Shown: piece by piece, positions 10,182 to 20,569 of the stretch
Position numbering within the stretch: position 1 is the first letter of the stretch
How the letters are laid out: each line of letters starts with the position of its first letter
Notes under the pieces: generated by a model
The model's input: only the letters and a program-made list of their open reading frames with translations
Database searches by the model: none
What the model was told of the DNA's origin: nothing
NCBI GenBank assembly: GCA_037441675.1
Contig: JBBIRS010000008.1
Coordinates: 32,366 to 96,365, forward strand
DNA length: 64,000 nt
Source: Planctomycetales bacterium
GTDB taxonomy: Bacteria > 4484-113
Direction: 5' to 3'
Position numbers and translations under genes: made by a program

Positions 10182-10516
10182 TTTTCATATCCTCTTTGCT
10201 AAGTGATATCTAATGATAGCGCAAATAGAACAAGAATGAGAAAAATTATTTCTTGAAAATAATTGTCCAGCGGATGTGTTTGCGGAAATGCTCGGACTAA
10301 AAGTAGAGTCGTTAGCAGATTTTTCTAAAATTTTGAGGCGAAAAAAATTCAAAAATTTTTTTCTCCAGACTGAACAATTTTCCTATTTTTAGGGTCTATA
10401 TATATACCCCCCAATCCCCTCATTCCCTCAACCTCCTTGTGAGACAAGGGGGAGCTGACCCCCGCTCCCCCTTGCACATTTTGGCTATAGATAGCCATTT
10501 CAGCTAAGATAATCGT

Positions 10517-11776
10517 GTGCATCCGCATTCTCCTAAAAAACACCTGCCAGAGGATAGCATCCACCAAGAATGGAGCCCTTCAGCATCTACGGTTGAATGG
10601 TTAAACGAAAGATTCAGAAGAAAAAGCGATGGTTATTATTATGCCCATCAGCCCATATATGGATTTGGTTCACCTCATTCGGAGCCAGGTCATATCCGCA
10701 GGCTTGCCCGCACCGTAAATATACTTAATATTCTTTCGCACCTTAATTTTGAAACATTCTTAGACGTTGGCGCGGGTGAGGGATATTTGTCATTTCTTAT
10801 TCAGCATCTTTTGGGAGCAAAGGGCGTTGCCCTGGAGGTTTCAGAAGAAGCATGCCATCGTGCTCAAGAATTTTTTGCTTTACCTTGCGTCGTAGGCGAT
10901 GCCCATAACATTCCATTCGCGGATAATTCCTTTGATCTGGTTGTCGCAAGCGAGGTTCTTGAGCATGTTCAAATGCCGGAGATTGTCGCTAGCGAACTTA
11001 TTAGAGTGGCGAGAAAGTACATTTTATTCACCACTGAAGAATTTTGTTTGAAGGAAGATAAACAGAAATTCTTACTACGATTGCGAGACTTGGAGAAACC
11101 CCATACAGAGCTAAATTACTTTTGCCTAAGAGATATTGAGGAAATGTTCGGGGAGAACTTGTATCTACAATCGCAGTTTTTGTCATTTCTTCCACGCGAT
11201 GAAGCGAGTATGAAGATAAGCGAAGCAGAAGTTCTGATAAGAAGGATTTCAAAAGTGAACAAGTTGCACCAAAGGGGGGTGGGTATAATTGGGCTGAAGG
11301 TAAAAGGAGAACCGTACACTCAATTTAATAAGGAAGAATCTCCTAAGATTAGCCAGTGGCTAAAGACGTTAATTCTACCAATTGTTGAGTCTCCATATCA
11401 GTCGCCCAATGAAAAGAGAATTTACTGGGATGATACACTTCCACGTCCTGTTTGTAGAGTAGAAGGTTGTTTCAATTTTGGTCAAAGCATAGGGACTTGC
11501 TCTCACTTAGCCCTTGTTGATGAAGCTTTATATCGTTACACGGATAATAATCAGCGTGAGTCTGCCGTTAGAGATCGCCCTGAGTGGGCACTCAAATTTG
11601 AAATTACTAATATTTCTGTGGATGAGGAGAGAAGGAGATTGAGCAAGAAATACAGATGGGAACAATTCGCTTCGCTTTTATTGACTGTAGATCCCTGGTA
11701 TTACAAGCTCGCCTGGTTTTTATCTCGTGCCTTGAAACGCCTAAAGAGAATCCAACTGAACCTAAAGGCTTACTAG
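10517..11776 (+). CDS. Class I SAM-dependent methyltransferase with C-terminal extension
   Basis: LDVGAGEG, GDAHNIPFADNSFDLVVASEVLEHV. Confidence 0.85.
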   Translation: MHPHSPKKHLPEDSIHQEWSPSASTVEWLNERFRRKSDGYYYAHQPIYGFGSPHSEPGHIRRLARTVNILNILSHLNFETFLDVGAGEGYLSFLIQHLLGAKGVALEVSEEACHRAQEFFALPCVVGDAHNIPFADNSFDLVVASEVLEHVQMPEIVASELIRVARKYILFTTEEFCLKEDKQKFLLRLRDLEKPHTELNYFCLRDIEEMFGENLYLQSQFLSFLPRDEASMKISEAEVLIRRISKVNKLHQRGVGIIGLKVKGEPYTQFNKEESPKISQWLKTLILPIVESPYQSPNEKRIYWDDTLPRPVCRVEGCFNFGQSIGTCSHLALVDEALYRYTDNNQRESAVRDRPEWALKFEITNISVDEERRRLSKKYRWEQFASLLLTVDPWYYKLAWFLSRALKRLKRIQLNLKAY

Positions 11777-11842
11777 TGCGTCCCAATTTGTGGAAATTTA
11801 ACTCAAGTTAGGTTAATCTAATTGACGGAGGAACAAGTAAAG

Positions 11843-12877
11843 ATGGAGCAAAATCCAACGAGCCATTCAAGGGGTAACAGAGAAGCAATCTGGCGAACGG
11901 CAAGCATTATCTTTTGGACATCTGCCCTTTTCGTCCCTTTGATTCTAGTAACCTTCTCGTGTGTAAAGCTTAAATCAGGCAATGGCGAAAGTGGCGAGTG
12001 GGCATCTAATAAATCAGAATATATGGCGCGAGGAGTTAGGGTAGAGGAAGTCTCCACCCTGACTGAAATGCCTAGGGAAAGCCCAACTGCTCCAACAGCT
12101 GGTTCTGCCGGCGATAGCGCAATTAGAACTTCGTCTAGCGTATTTAGCGCGCCTGCATACGCTCAGGAGGCTAAACCTAAAATAATTTACACGGGCACTG
12201 TTGAACTAAAAGTGAGTAACCTACCCGATTCAGCTGAGGCAGTCCTAGAGATGTTGCCTCGTTTTCAAGGTTACTTGAGCGAGCGAAACGATAGCACTAC
12301 TGGAACTTTTCAGTTTGTAACTTTGACTGTGCGGATTGATAGTGCTAGGCTAAACGGCTTTCTTGATGAGGTGAAAAAGCTTGGAGAAGTGCTAAAGTTT
12401 AGCCTGGCTGGACAGGAAGTAACCGAGGAATATATGGACTTGGAGGCGAGGCTTAAACAGCTTAGGCTTTCCGAAGAAAGATTGCTCGAAATAATGCGAA
12501 AGTCGGGCAAGTTGACGGAACTTCTTGAGGTTGAGCGAGAACTGACGAATAAACAAATTGAGATTGAAAGGATTATGGGCAGACTTAGATATTTGGATGA
12601 CCGAATTAGTTATTCCACTGTGACTATCACACTTTCCACGGAAACTCCGCCTGTTCAAATTGCAGGCTTTAATTGGGGCTTTGGAGATACTTTCAAATCT
12701 GCTTATGTTTCATTAAAGACTTTTGTTCGCGGATTCCTAAAAGGTGTAATCTGGATTTTGGTTTACAGCCCTATTTGGGTTGCGATACTCGTGATAATTT
12801 GGCTCCTATACTTAGTTGGAAGAAAAATTGTGACAGCACAAACAAATCTGCAAAAGAAGATAATCGCATCCCCTTAA
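11843..12877 (+). CDS. DUF4349 family protein
   Basis: KIIYTGTVELKV, EVTEEYMDLEARL, LLEVERELT..IE...GRLRYL..RISYSTVTI and a C-terminal TM helix. GGAGG RBS. Confidence 0.85.
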   Translation: MEQNPTSHSRGNREAIWRTASIIFWTSALFVPLILVTFSCVKLKSGNGESGEWASNKSEYMARGVRVEEVSTLTEMPRESPTAPTAGSAGDSAIRTSSSVFSAPAYAQEAKPKIIYTGTVELKVSNLPDSAEAVLEMLPRFQGYLSERNDSTTGTFQFVTLTVRIDSARLNGFLDEVKKLGEVLKFSLAGQEVTEEYMDLEARLKQLRLSEERLLEIMRKSGKLTELLEVERELTNKQIEIERIMGRLRYLDDRISYSTVTITLSTETPPVQIAGFNWGFGDTFKSAYVSLKTFVRGFLKGVIWILVYSPIWVAILVIIWLLYLVGRKIVTAQTNLQKKIIASP

Positions 12878-12921
12878 AGGAAAAATGATTTTTCTGTAAT
12901 AAGAATGTGACACTCAACACT

Positions 12922-14358
12922 TTACGAGTGGTTTAAGGTGCTTGGCGCGTTTGAATTACCGAGATTTGTAAGCAAAAATAGCGCTGAGAGTGAAGAAAGC
13001 ATTGCGCCAACAAATATTGCCCAGTCAATACCTATCACACTTCCCAGCCACCCAATGAATAAAGTTCCAATGGGATAGAAGCCAACAAACAATTGTGAAT
13101 ACGTTCCCATAACACGTCCGCGAAGATGATCTGGAACTTTCAACTGAATAATTGAATTCGTGCTAGCGAATGCCCATGAAAAGCCAAATCCTGAAAAGGC
13201 GAGAAGAAGATAAGCAAGTGGAATACTTCTAGTAAAGGCAAAAATCAAAATTGAGCCGAGATTGAAGACGTAACCTACTCGAAGAGTTATACTTTGCGCG
13301 CTCCTTTGAGATAGCGCTGCAAGGGAGACTGCTCCGATTACTGCTCCAATTCCAAAGCAGGTGAACATAAATCCAAACTCGGAAGCATTTGCTAGTAGCT
13401 TGTATCTCGCGAAGGCAGGTAGAAGAGCAATCATTGGTGAGGCAAAGAGGCTTGCAATTCCAGCCATAATAGTGATTCGCCTAAGCCCTGGAGTAGTCGC
13501 AAGATAGGTTCCGCCCGCTACCAATCTCTTGATTGCGCTTCCACGATCCTCATCTGCACTCTCAGGTCTAAACTCTCCCCGCATAAGCAAAATGGCGATG
13601 ATAATCGGAATGAAAGAAATAGCATTGAGGAAGAATGCGTCAGCGACTGAAAAGTTCAGCGCAAGCATTATCCCCGTCACTGCTGGACCAATAATCCGTG
13701 CGCCATTGAATACCCCAGAGTTTATGGCGATGGCGTTAGGCAGGTCGTCTTTACCCACCATATGAATGATAAGACCCTGCCTTGCGGGAATATCAAGAGC
13801 CATTACAAACCCAAGGTAAAGTGAGAGAATAATCAACAGAGGAATATTTATAATACGTTCATAAGTCAGTAGAGCTAGAAGAAAAGCCTGTATCGCCATT
13901 AAAACCTGCGTGAGAATTAGAACTTTTCTTCGGTCAAAAAGGTCTGAGATAATTCCAAGAAAACCGGCAAGGAACAAAACCGGAAGCGTGCTCATAGCAG
14001 TCACGAGCCCCACATACCAACTCGTTAATGCCTCTACTCTTGAGGTGGAGGCATAACCCAGAACAAGCTCTGTCACAAGCCATCCTTGGGCAGTTCTCTG
14101 CATCCAGGTGCCTATGAGGGAGAGAACCTGGCCAAGCCAATAGAGGCGATAATTCCTGTGCCTGAGCGCGGAGAAGGCTTGCGGTATAAAATGCCAGTAG
14201 CCTGCCTCAGGAGTGCGCGGGGATGTTTCAGGAATTAATTCACTCCATAACTGTTTCGCATCCGGATTGAGCGATGTTGAGTGTGATTGTGATTGGGCAG
14301 AGACAACATCTGAACACTCTTGAGTAGATGAACAATCGCTGGTGGTGTGTGTTTCCAT
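12922..14358 (-). CDS. MFS transporter (MFS_3/DUF894-like)
   Basis: ALRHRNYRLYW.GQ..S..GTWMQ, D.FDRRK, VPDHLRGRVMG and about 12 TM segments. Confidence 0.9.
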   Translation of the reverse strand: METHTTSDCSSTQECSDVVSAQSQSHSTSLNPDAKQLWSELIPETSPRTPEAGYWHFIPQAFSALRHRNYRLYWLGQVLSLIGTWMQRTAQGWLVTELVLGYASTSRVEALTSWYVGLVTAMSTLPVLFLAGFLGIISDLFDRRKVLILTQVLMAIQAFLLALLTYERIINIPLLIILSLYLGFVMALDIPARQGLIIHMVGKDDLPNAIAINSGVFNGARIIGPAVTGIMLALNFSVADAFFLNAISFIPIIIAILLMRGEFRPESADEDRGSAIKRLVAGGTYLATTPGLRRITIMAGIASLFASPMIALLPAFARYKLLANASEFGFMFTCFGIGAVIGAVSLAALSQRSAQSITLRVGYVFNLGSILIFAFTRSIPLAYLLLAFSGFGFSWAFASTNSIIQLKVPDHLRGRVMGTYSQLFVGFYPIGTLFIGWLGSVIGIDWAIFVGAMLSSLSALFLLTNLGNSNAPSTLNHS

Positions 14359-14483
14359 CTAAAACTATTATTTCTACCACATTGTATCATTCCCTTGAAA
14401 GATTCCAAGAGGAATAATGCTATATCAGTTGAAAAATTACGAAATTTCGGTTTTCTTTACCCGCCCAAAAGGGTTGAGGATAC

Positions 14484-14621
14484 GGTGGGGGCAAGCCCTC
14501 CACCCTACAGTTCGCAATAGAGCACGGCGGGGTGCAAGTCCCCACCATGCAGTCTTTTAACACGGGAGCCTACGGCGTTTGCCCCGTGGTGAAGGGCACG
14601 GGCGAGGACGGGCGTGATCCA
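14484..14621. repeat. Cluster of REP-like GC-rich palindromes (copy set 1)
   Basis: ggtgggggcaagccctccaccctaca (14484), ggcggggtgcaagtccccaccatgca (14526) and cacgggcgaggacgggcgtgatcca (14597). Related copies at 20702-20843. Confidence 0.7.
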
Positions 14622-14647
14622 AATGCGGGGGTTAGCTTTGAAGCTAG

Positions 14648-15073
14648 CTAACTTAAATGTGCAGATATTTGCTCTTTCGCCTTGGCAAGCATTTCTGTCT
14701 CCGCTTTTGGGGGAAGTTTACCGCCCAACACCTCGTAGCCATCGCCTTCAAAGTTTGGAAAGATGTGGATGTGGAGATGAGGGATGACCTGCCCACTGGC
14801 ACGCTCATTGCTCTGCCAAATGAGCACGCCATCAACGGAAAAGCATTTCTTCACAGCATCCGCAATCCTTCTCGCAAGGTTAAAAATGTGCGACGTAGTA
14901 GAAGCGTCCGCCTCGTAAATCGTCCTAATATGTGCTTTGGGAATGACTAGAACGTGCCCTACCGCTTCTTCAGGCTGGGTTAAATCCATAAAGGCAAGAG
15001 CACTCTCATCCTCATAGACTTTTTCCGATGGTATCTCGCCTGATATAATTTTGCAGAAAATACATTCCTCCAT
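14648..15073 (-). CDS. HIT family protein
   Basis: CIFCKII, GHVLVIPKAH and GQVIPHLHIH histidine triad. Confidence 0.93.
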   Translation of the reverse strand: MEECIFCKIISGEIPSEKVYEDESALAFMDLTQPEEAVGHVLVIPKAHIRTIYEADASTTSHIFNLARRIADAVKKCFSVDGVLIWQSNERASGQVIPHLHIHIFPNFEGDGYEVLGGKLPPKAETEMLAKAKEQISAHLS

Positions 15074-15177
15074 AGAAATAATTTTATCTCAACCTAGTGA
15101 AAGTCATAATTTCCGAGATAAGCAAGTGATAGGCATTAAATTGAGAGACTAGTAAGAGTATAAGTTTTAAGCACTAA

Positions 15178-16165
15178 CTAATGTGCCGGGAGACGTAAAA
15201 TATCGCCACATTTCACCTTTCTTCCTGTGAGGAACTCTTTTGCGCTCATAACACGCCTGTTCGCAGGCTGAACCTCCAAGACTTCAATAAAGCCAGCACC
15301 ACAGGCTACGATAAAGCTTTCTCTAAGAATTTCTACAACTTCACCGGGTTGAGACTCTCTTTTCTCCAATAGCTGATCATCTACCATAACGTGCGCGCGA
15401 AAGAGCTTTAAATTTGTTCCATCGGGGAGCATACATACAGCTCCCATATCAGGAGAGAATGCCCTAATCTTGTTTACGACATCTTGTGCAGATTGAGAAA
15501 AATCAATAAACGTATCCTCATATGAAATGAGTTTGGTGAATGTAGCTTTAGAATGGTCTTGGGGAGTGAGAGTAACTCTGTCATTAAGTATTAATTTTAA
15601 GCCTTCAGCCACCACATCAACCGCTAGGTTAGCTAGGCGTTTTCTGAGGATGGAGAAGTTATCATCTTGGTAGACCTCTGCTTCTTTGAGGAGAAGGATA
15701 TCGCCTGCGTCCATCTCCTGAACCATTTTGAAGAGAGTAACAGCGGTTCTTTGCATTCCGAGCATCAGAGTTGTTCTTATTGGGCTTGGCCCCCTGAGAA
15801 GTGGAAGGGGACTTGGATGCACACACAGCGGGTATTTCACTAGCTCAAGAAACTCATTTGGAATTATACGCCCGAAGGAGTTCGCTATGAAAATATCAGG
15901 CTTAATTTTCTCAACTCTTGAAAGAAGCTCACGATTACCCTTCAAGTTGTCAATTTCAGCTGATTCTATCTCAGGGAAATTCTTGCTTAACCATGTTGCA
16001 ATTTCCGTAGGGGTGAGCTTAAGGCTTCTTCCTGCAGGCTTTGGAGAGCGGGTTACTACTAGCTTTACATCAGTGAGTTCACATTTAATCAAAAATTCCA
16101 AGACTGGAATAGCGAAAGCGGTTGATGCCCAGTAAATGACCCTACAAGGTGGAATTTGTCCCCCA
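15178..16165 (-). CDS. fmt: Methionyl-tRNA formyltransferase (start uncertain)
   Basis: RVIYWASTAFA, VVTRSPKPAGR, VHPSPLP..RGPSPI, MDAGDI, VQPANRRVM..EF. Homology extends upstream of the tracked TTG at 16101 without an in-frame canonical start. Confidence 0.88.
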
Positions 16166-16195
16166 ACGCTATTTTCTTTTACCCCCTTGAATGTG

Positions 16196-16708
16196 TTAAA
16201 TCACCTCCTTCAATAAATCAGATTTTTCATTCCTGCTTTCTGTCTTTAATCCCTCAGTGGATTCACCACCTGTAGAGGAGTAAGTCTTAACGAGCGCATC
16301 AAAGGTATTTTTGACAGTCTCGTAAAGTGAAGCAAAGAACTTTGCGAAGGCAGAAGTGCCTTCCCTCACGTTGAAGAATACCTGATCAATCTGCGTATCT
16401 TCGCATTTGAGTATCTTAGCTAAAACATCTTTATCCACTTTGCTTAAAAAAGCCTGCATAATGAGAAGGGCAAAGATTGTATCATCTACAAATCCAATGC
16501 CAGTAACTATGTCTGGAACTATATCCAAAGGGCTGTAGAAGTAAGTTATCCCTGCAATTGCATAGAGTTTCATCCACGCGGAAACTTGGGGACTGAAAAG
16601 AGCGTATACAAATGTGCGGATTAGCTTTGGTAAGGCGAATATGTACTTCTTGACAGGTGTCAAATCCCCAAATGGCTTTATTATTTCTGGCTTGAAGTTA
16701 AGTTTCAT
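16196..16708 (-). CDS. YkvA/DUF1232 family protein
   Basis: YFYSPLDIVPDIVTGIGFVDD signature. Confidence 0.85.
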   Translation of the reverse strand: MKLNFKPEIIKPFGDLTPVKKYIFALPKLIRTFVYALFSPQVSAWMKLYAIAGITYFYSPLDIVPDIVTGIGFVDDTIFALLIMQAFLSKVDKDVLAKILKCEDTQIDQVFFNVREGTSAFAKFFASLYETVKNTFDALVKTYSSTGGESTEGLKTESRNEKSDLLKEVI

Positions 16709-16844
16709 TCGATTTGCCTTAGAGAAAATTCTGTTTGAGCTCGGTTGAAATTATAGCATTAAACAGAAGGTAATCTGAGTACTTATCACTGGCGTAGATC
16801 TTATTGCAATAAAGAGATAGATAAATACTTAGAATGAAATGCCT

Positions 16845-17816
16845 TTAACCGAAAGATTGGGCACGTCTAGCAATTTCCTCAATTACCCAATCTGGAGTGG
16901 ACGCTCCTGCGGTAATTCCAACCTTGAAGCGTTTTGCCCTTGCGCTACCCTTTTCGGGAAACCATGTAGGCTTAATATCTTCTGCGCTGGATATGAAGTA
17001 GGTGTTGGGATTAGCCTTTTTCACCACCTCAAATAGTCTTTTGGAGTTGCTTGAATGGGTATCCCCCACGACGATCATTAAGTCGCAGATATTAGCAATT
17101 TCTATGCTTGCCTCTTGATTTCTATCTGTATGTGGGCAGACTGTGTCCAGGACTTCAGCTCGCGTGAATCTCTTCTTAATAGCTTGAACGAGAATGTCTA
17201 TTTGGTCTCTGGAAAATGTTGTTTGCGAAACAACTCCAACAGATTCGTAATACGGAATCTGCTCTAAGTCCGCAAGCTCAGTAACCACGTAGGGATTCTT
17301 CAACCAGGAGAAAAGACCTATAACTTCCGGATGATTTTTCTTACCAAGAATTATAACCGCAGGGTGCCTTTCCTCAAGCTTGAGAGCCTTTTCTCTAACC
17401 TTTGTGACGACGATGCAGGTTAAATCTACAACCTTAAATCCACGCCTCTTTAGCTCCTCCATTTGCTCACGGGTTCCTCCATGGGCGCGGATTATGACTA
17501 TTGCGTCATTATCCTGAATTTCGGTAATTGAAGTGATATGTTTTATGCCGTACCTTTCAATCCTTTCTATAACAGCACGGTTATGAACTATCTCGCCAAG
17601 GATGTAGATTTGTCTTGATTTAACTTTTGTCTGAACACCTACCCCGACAGGATTTTCACCAGTTTCATCAAAGCTTAAGAGAGGGGAGTTATCATCGGAA
17701 ATTGAGGCTTCCTCAGGCTCTATACCAAAAGTCTCCTTGGCAATAGCCATTGCGCCTTCAAAAGCCTTACTCACGCCATGGCAGAAGCCCATTCTCCTTG
17801 CGGTCAGAATTTCCAT
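16845..17816 (-). CDS. ispH: 4-hydroxy-3-methylbut-2-enyl diphosphate reductase
   Basis: GFCHGV, IVHN, IIRAHG, DLTC, HPEV, SQTT, DTVC, SSNS, GITAGASTP; three Fe-S cysteines present. Confidence 0.95.
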   Translation of the reverse strand: MEILTARRMGFCHGVSKAFEGAMAIAKETFGIEPEEASISDDNSPLLSFDETGENPVGVGVQTKVKSRQIYILGEIVHNRAVIERIERYGIKHITSITEIQDNDAIVIIRAHGGTREQMEELKRRGFKVVDLTCIVVTKVREKALKLEERHPAVIILGKKNHPEVIGLFSWLKNPYVVTELADLEQIPYYESVGVVSQTTFSRDQIDILVQAIKKRFTRAEVLDTVCPHTDRNQEASIEIANICDLMIVVGDTHSSNSKRLFEVVKKANPNTYFISSAEDIKPTWFPEKGSARAKRFKVGITAGASTPDWVIEEIARRAQSFG

Positions 17817-17961
17817 AGACGATAATGATTATACCTTATTACTTTGAGAATTAGTTGCAACTATGATTTGAGTTCAACAATATAAAGTAATATCTAAATT
17901 CCGCAAGAATTAAGGTGAACCTCCTTAAAACCATAGTCAATCGAGAAGGGTAAATTGAACG

Positions 17962-18864
17962 CTAAACGCTAGGCGACTCTGTCGGACTTTCTTTTTCGGG
18001 CGGTTTTTTGGGCGCAACCTGCACAGTCATCCCACCTATTGCCGCTGTGCCAAGAATTCCACCCAACTGCATTGTGTCCAGCGCAGTAGATGGAACTATC
18101 ACGAGTGAGCCACGTTCCTTCAAGCCTTCAAACAGCATATTCATCGCCCGCAGGTGCATTGCGTGCGGATTTTCCGCATATACTTCAGCTGCTTTGGCAA
18201 ACTTGTCCGCTATCTGCATTTCGGATTCACCTAAAATGATTCGCGCTTGCCTCTCCCTTTCCGCCTGCGCCCGCCTGCTCATCGCGTCTTGAAGCCCAGC
18301 GGGTATCTTAATGTCTCTGATTTCTACGCTGTTCACAGTGATGCCCCATGGGGTTGTGCGGGAGTCAATAAGCACTTGAAGCTCTTTGTCAATTTTCTCG
18401 CGCCCTACCAGCAAATCCGCAAGCTCGGTTTTTCCAATGAGATCACGAAGCGCGGTCTGTGCCGCCCAACTGACCGCCTCATTGTACCTCTCCACTTCTA
18501 GCGTGGCTTTCTTTGCGTCAAAGACGAACCAGAACATTACCGCATCAACATCTACTGGAACTGTATCTCTAGTGAGAGCTTCTTCAGCCACCAGGTCGGT
18601 AGCGTGAATCCTCACGTCTATCCAACCTGCCACTGTATCGAGGAAGGGCCAGAGGAAAAAGATGCCAGGCTTCCTCACGGAAAGAAACTTTCCCAACCTA
18701 AGAACTACAACTCGTTCCCACTGTTCGGCAACCTTTAGGCACGTTAACAAAACAATGGAGAGCAAAAATCCCACTACTCCAACAATTGTAGCCAAAGTTT
18801 GCCTTTCCGCATTCAAAAGGAGCCAGTAAAGAATTCCAGTTATGAGTAAGGTCAGAAGCCCCAC
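17962..18864 (-). CDS. SPFH/slipin (stomatin-like) membrane protein
   Basis: EQWERVVVLRLGKF..PG, LTRDTVPVDVDAV, AQTALR, AM..QAERERQA. 5' end uncertain (see finding). Confidence 0.9.
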   Translation of the reverse strand: MGLLTLLITGILYWLLLNAERQTLATIVGVVGFLLSIVLLTCLKVAEQWERVVVLRLGKFLSVRKPGIFFLWPFLDTVAGWIDVRIHATDLVAEEALTRDTVPVDVDAVMFWFVFDAKKATLEVERYNEAVSWAAQTALRDLIGKTELADLLVGREKIDKELQVLIDSRTTPWGITVNSVEIRDIKIPAGLQDAMSRRAQAERERQARIILGESEMQIADKFAKAAEVYAENPHAMHLRAMNMLFEGLKERGSLVIVPSTALDTMQLGGILGTAAIGGMTVQVAPKKPPEKESPTESPSV

Positions 18865-18958
18865 GAAAATTGGCCATGGATGGATAGTAGAAGCTCCACT
18901 AACACTTGGTATTTCAATTGAAACCTTGCTTGATTTTTAGAAAACAATTTTAACCTCA

Positions 18959-19363
18959 CTAGAACTGTGTGATATTTTCTGACACCTCCACAAGGAGATC
19001 CCTAATTTCAAAATCAGACAACCCTAGCCCCCTAAGGGTTTTTACGGCTCCTGCAAGAATGCTTTCTGCCTCTATGATTTTATCCTTTTTTTTGGAAGTT
19101 TCGGGATATTCCGCAACAAAAGTTCCTTTACCTTGAAGCAACTCTATAATTCCCTCCGCAGCAAGCTCTGTATATACCCTTGCGACAGTATTTGCGGTGA
19201 TGGAAAGTTCAACCGCAAGCTCACGAACCGTTGGAAGCTGCTCCCCCGGCTTGAGGATCCTGTTTTGGATTAAGTATCGCAGTTGATTCTTTAGCTGAAC
19301 ATAAATTGGAATTTCCGCTTTGCTATCAATACTTAATCCCAACTTTTTTATATTAATTACCAT
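18959..19363 (-). CDS. GntR family (YtrA-like) transcriptional regulator
   Basis: PIYVQL, LKPGEQLPTVRELA, NTVARVY..L..EG, GKGTFV and a short C-terminal domain. Confidence 0.92.
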   Translation of the reverse strand: MVINIKKLGLSIDSKAEIPIYVQLKNQLRYLIQNRILKPGEQLPTVRELAVELSITANTVARVYTELAAEGIIELLQGKGTFVAEYPETSKKKDKIIEAESILAGAVKTLRGLGLSDFEIRDLLVEVSENITQF

Positions 19364-19388
19364 TGTTGCATAACACTCATTCATTACT

Positions 19389-19417
19389 ACATTAACACAC
19401 ATTTCCGCTTTTGTCAA
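19389..19417 (-). promoter_or_regulatory. Sigma70-type promoter for the GntR-SPFH genes
   Basis: Minus strand TTGACA (19417-19412), 17-nt spacer, TAATGT (19394-19389). Confidence 0.55.
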
Positions 19418-19512
19418 GAGGTGGATGATTTGTCGTTTAAGATAATCTACTTGAGAGTTAATTGGGAGATGGCGTGGATTATCGATATTTATTCATATAA
19501 AATAATACTTAC

Positions 19513-20364
19513 GTGAGAGTATTAGTGGCTAAGATAAAACTTTTCTTTTACGTAGCAATTGGCATGATTATTTTCCAGCTTGGATTACCAATCACTGCAT
19601 TTAGCGCATTTCAGGTATTTGCTGAAAAGATACGAATACGAAAATATGAGGGGAGAGTTTACATAGACTTTGCAGGCAGAGTCAAGGCATCCGGCGCCGA
19701 AGGATTAAGCATTATTTCAGGAAACGGCGAAGTTGTGCTGACCACTGATAAATTCCCGCAAATTCCGGAGAATATTGAGAAGGAGAAAATTATTGGAGGG
19801 GAGCTTCCTTCGCTACCCAAGTTAACTTTTGATAGAAAGAATCTAAAGCTTTTTAGGTTGGGAGGTGGATTCTCTTTAGTAAATAAGGACTTAAAGTTGA
19901 ACGGTGGCACTTTGGAAACTAGGGACGGTGGGGATAACTGGATGATTTTAGGATCTGTCAAGCTGATAAATCGCGATAAACCCAGCCAAGAATTAACAGG
20001 CAAAAACTTCCATTACAACCGAATGAAAAACGCAATATCCACCAAGAATGCTGTTGAAATTGCAAGTTTTTGGCAGGGGGAGAAGCTTTATATCAATGCT
20101 TCATCTATTGAAATTAGGTTGCAAGAGAAGAAGATACTCATTAGTGGAAATGCGGTAATGAAATTTTCAAATTACACCCTTAGCTCGAATAACATTAAAG
20201 TGGATACAGCTTCAAGAAGAATAGAAACGGATGGGCCTGCAAAGCTTACATCAAAAGAAGGCTCCCTTGACGCAGCGCACATAGTAGTAACAATTACAGA
20301 TGCAGGGTTGAAGATTGAGGCGAAAGACCTTAGTGGAAAGGTGATAGCTAAAAGCGTGGGGTGA
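19513..20364 (+). CDS. LptA/OstA-like beta-jellyroll protein
   Basis: N-terminal hydrophobic helix, then repeats such as INASSIEIRLQEKKILISGNAVM and LSSNNIKVDTASRRIETDG. Confidence 0.55.
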   Translation: MRVLVAKIKLFFYVAIGMIIFQLGLPITAFSAFQVFAEKIRIRKYEGRVYIDFAGRVKASGAEGLSIISGNGEVVLTTDKFPQIPENIEKEKIIGGELPSLPKLTFDRKNLKLFRLGGGFSLVNKDLKLNGGTLETRDGGDNWMILGSVKLINRDKPSQELTGKNFHYNRMKNAISTKNAVEIASFWQGEKLYINASSIEIRLQEKKILISGNAVMKFSNYTLSSNNIKVDTASRRIETDGPAKLTSKEGSLDAAHIVVTITDAGLKIEAKDLSGKVIAKSVG

Positions 20365-20487
20365 AACATTGGTGGAAAATTATTCAGTTTTCCGAATATG
20401 AACTTTATTATTATCATCAATTAACTAATCGTAAAGCAGATAGGGAGTGAAAAATAAGTTATTCTTGCGTGTTATACTAAATGGTAA

Positions 20488-20569
20488 GGGCAGGTGGCGG
20501 AAAGGCAGACGCGCTAGCCTTAGGAGCTAGTGGGATTATCCCGTGGGGGTTCGACTCCCCCCCTGCCCA
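20488..20569 (+). tRNA. tRNA-Leu (anticodon TAG)
   Basis: GGGCAGG/CCTGCCC acceptor stem, CTAGC-CTTAGGA-GCTAG anticodon arm, long variable arm, GTTCGACTC T-loop. CCA not encoded. TATACT -10 at 20473. Confidence 0.95.
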
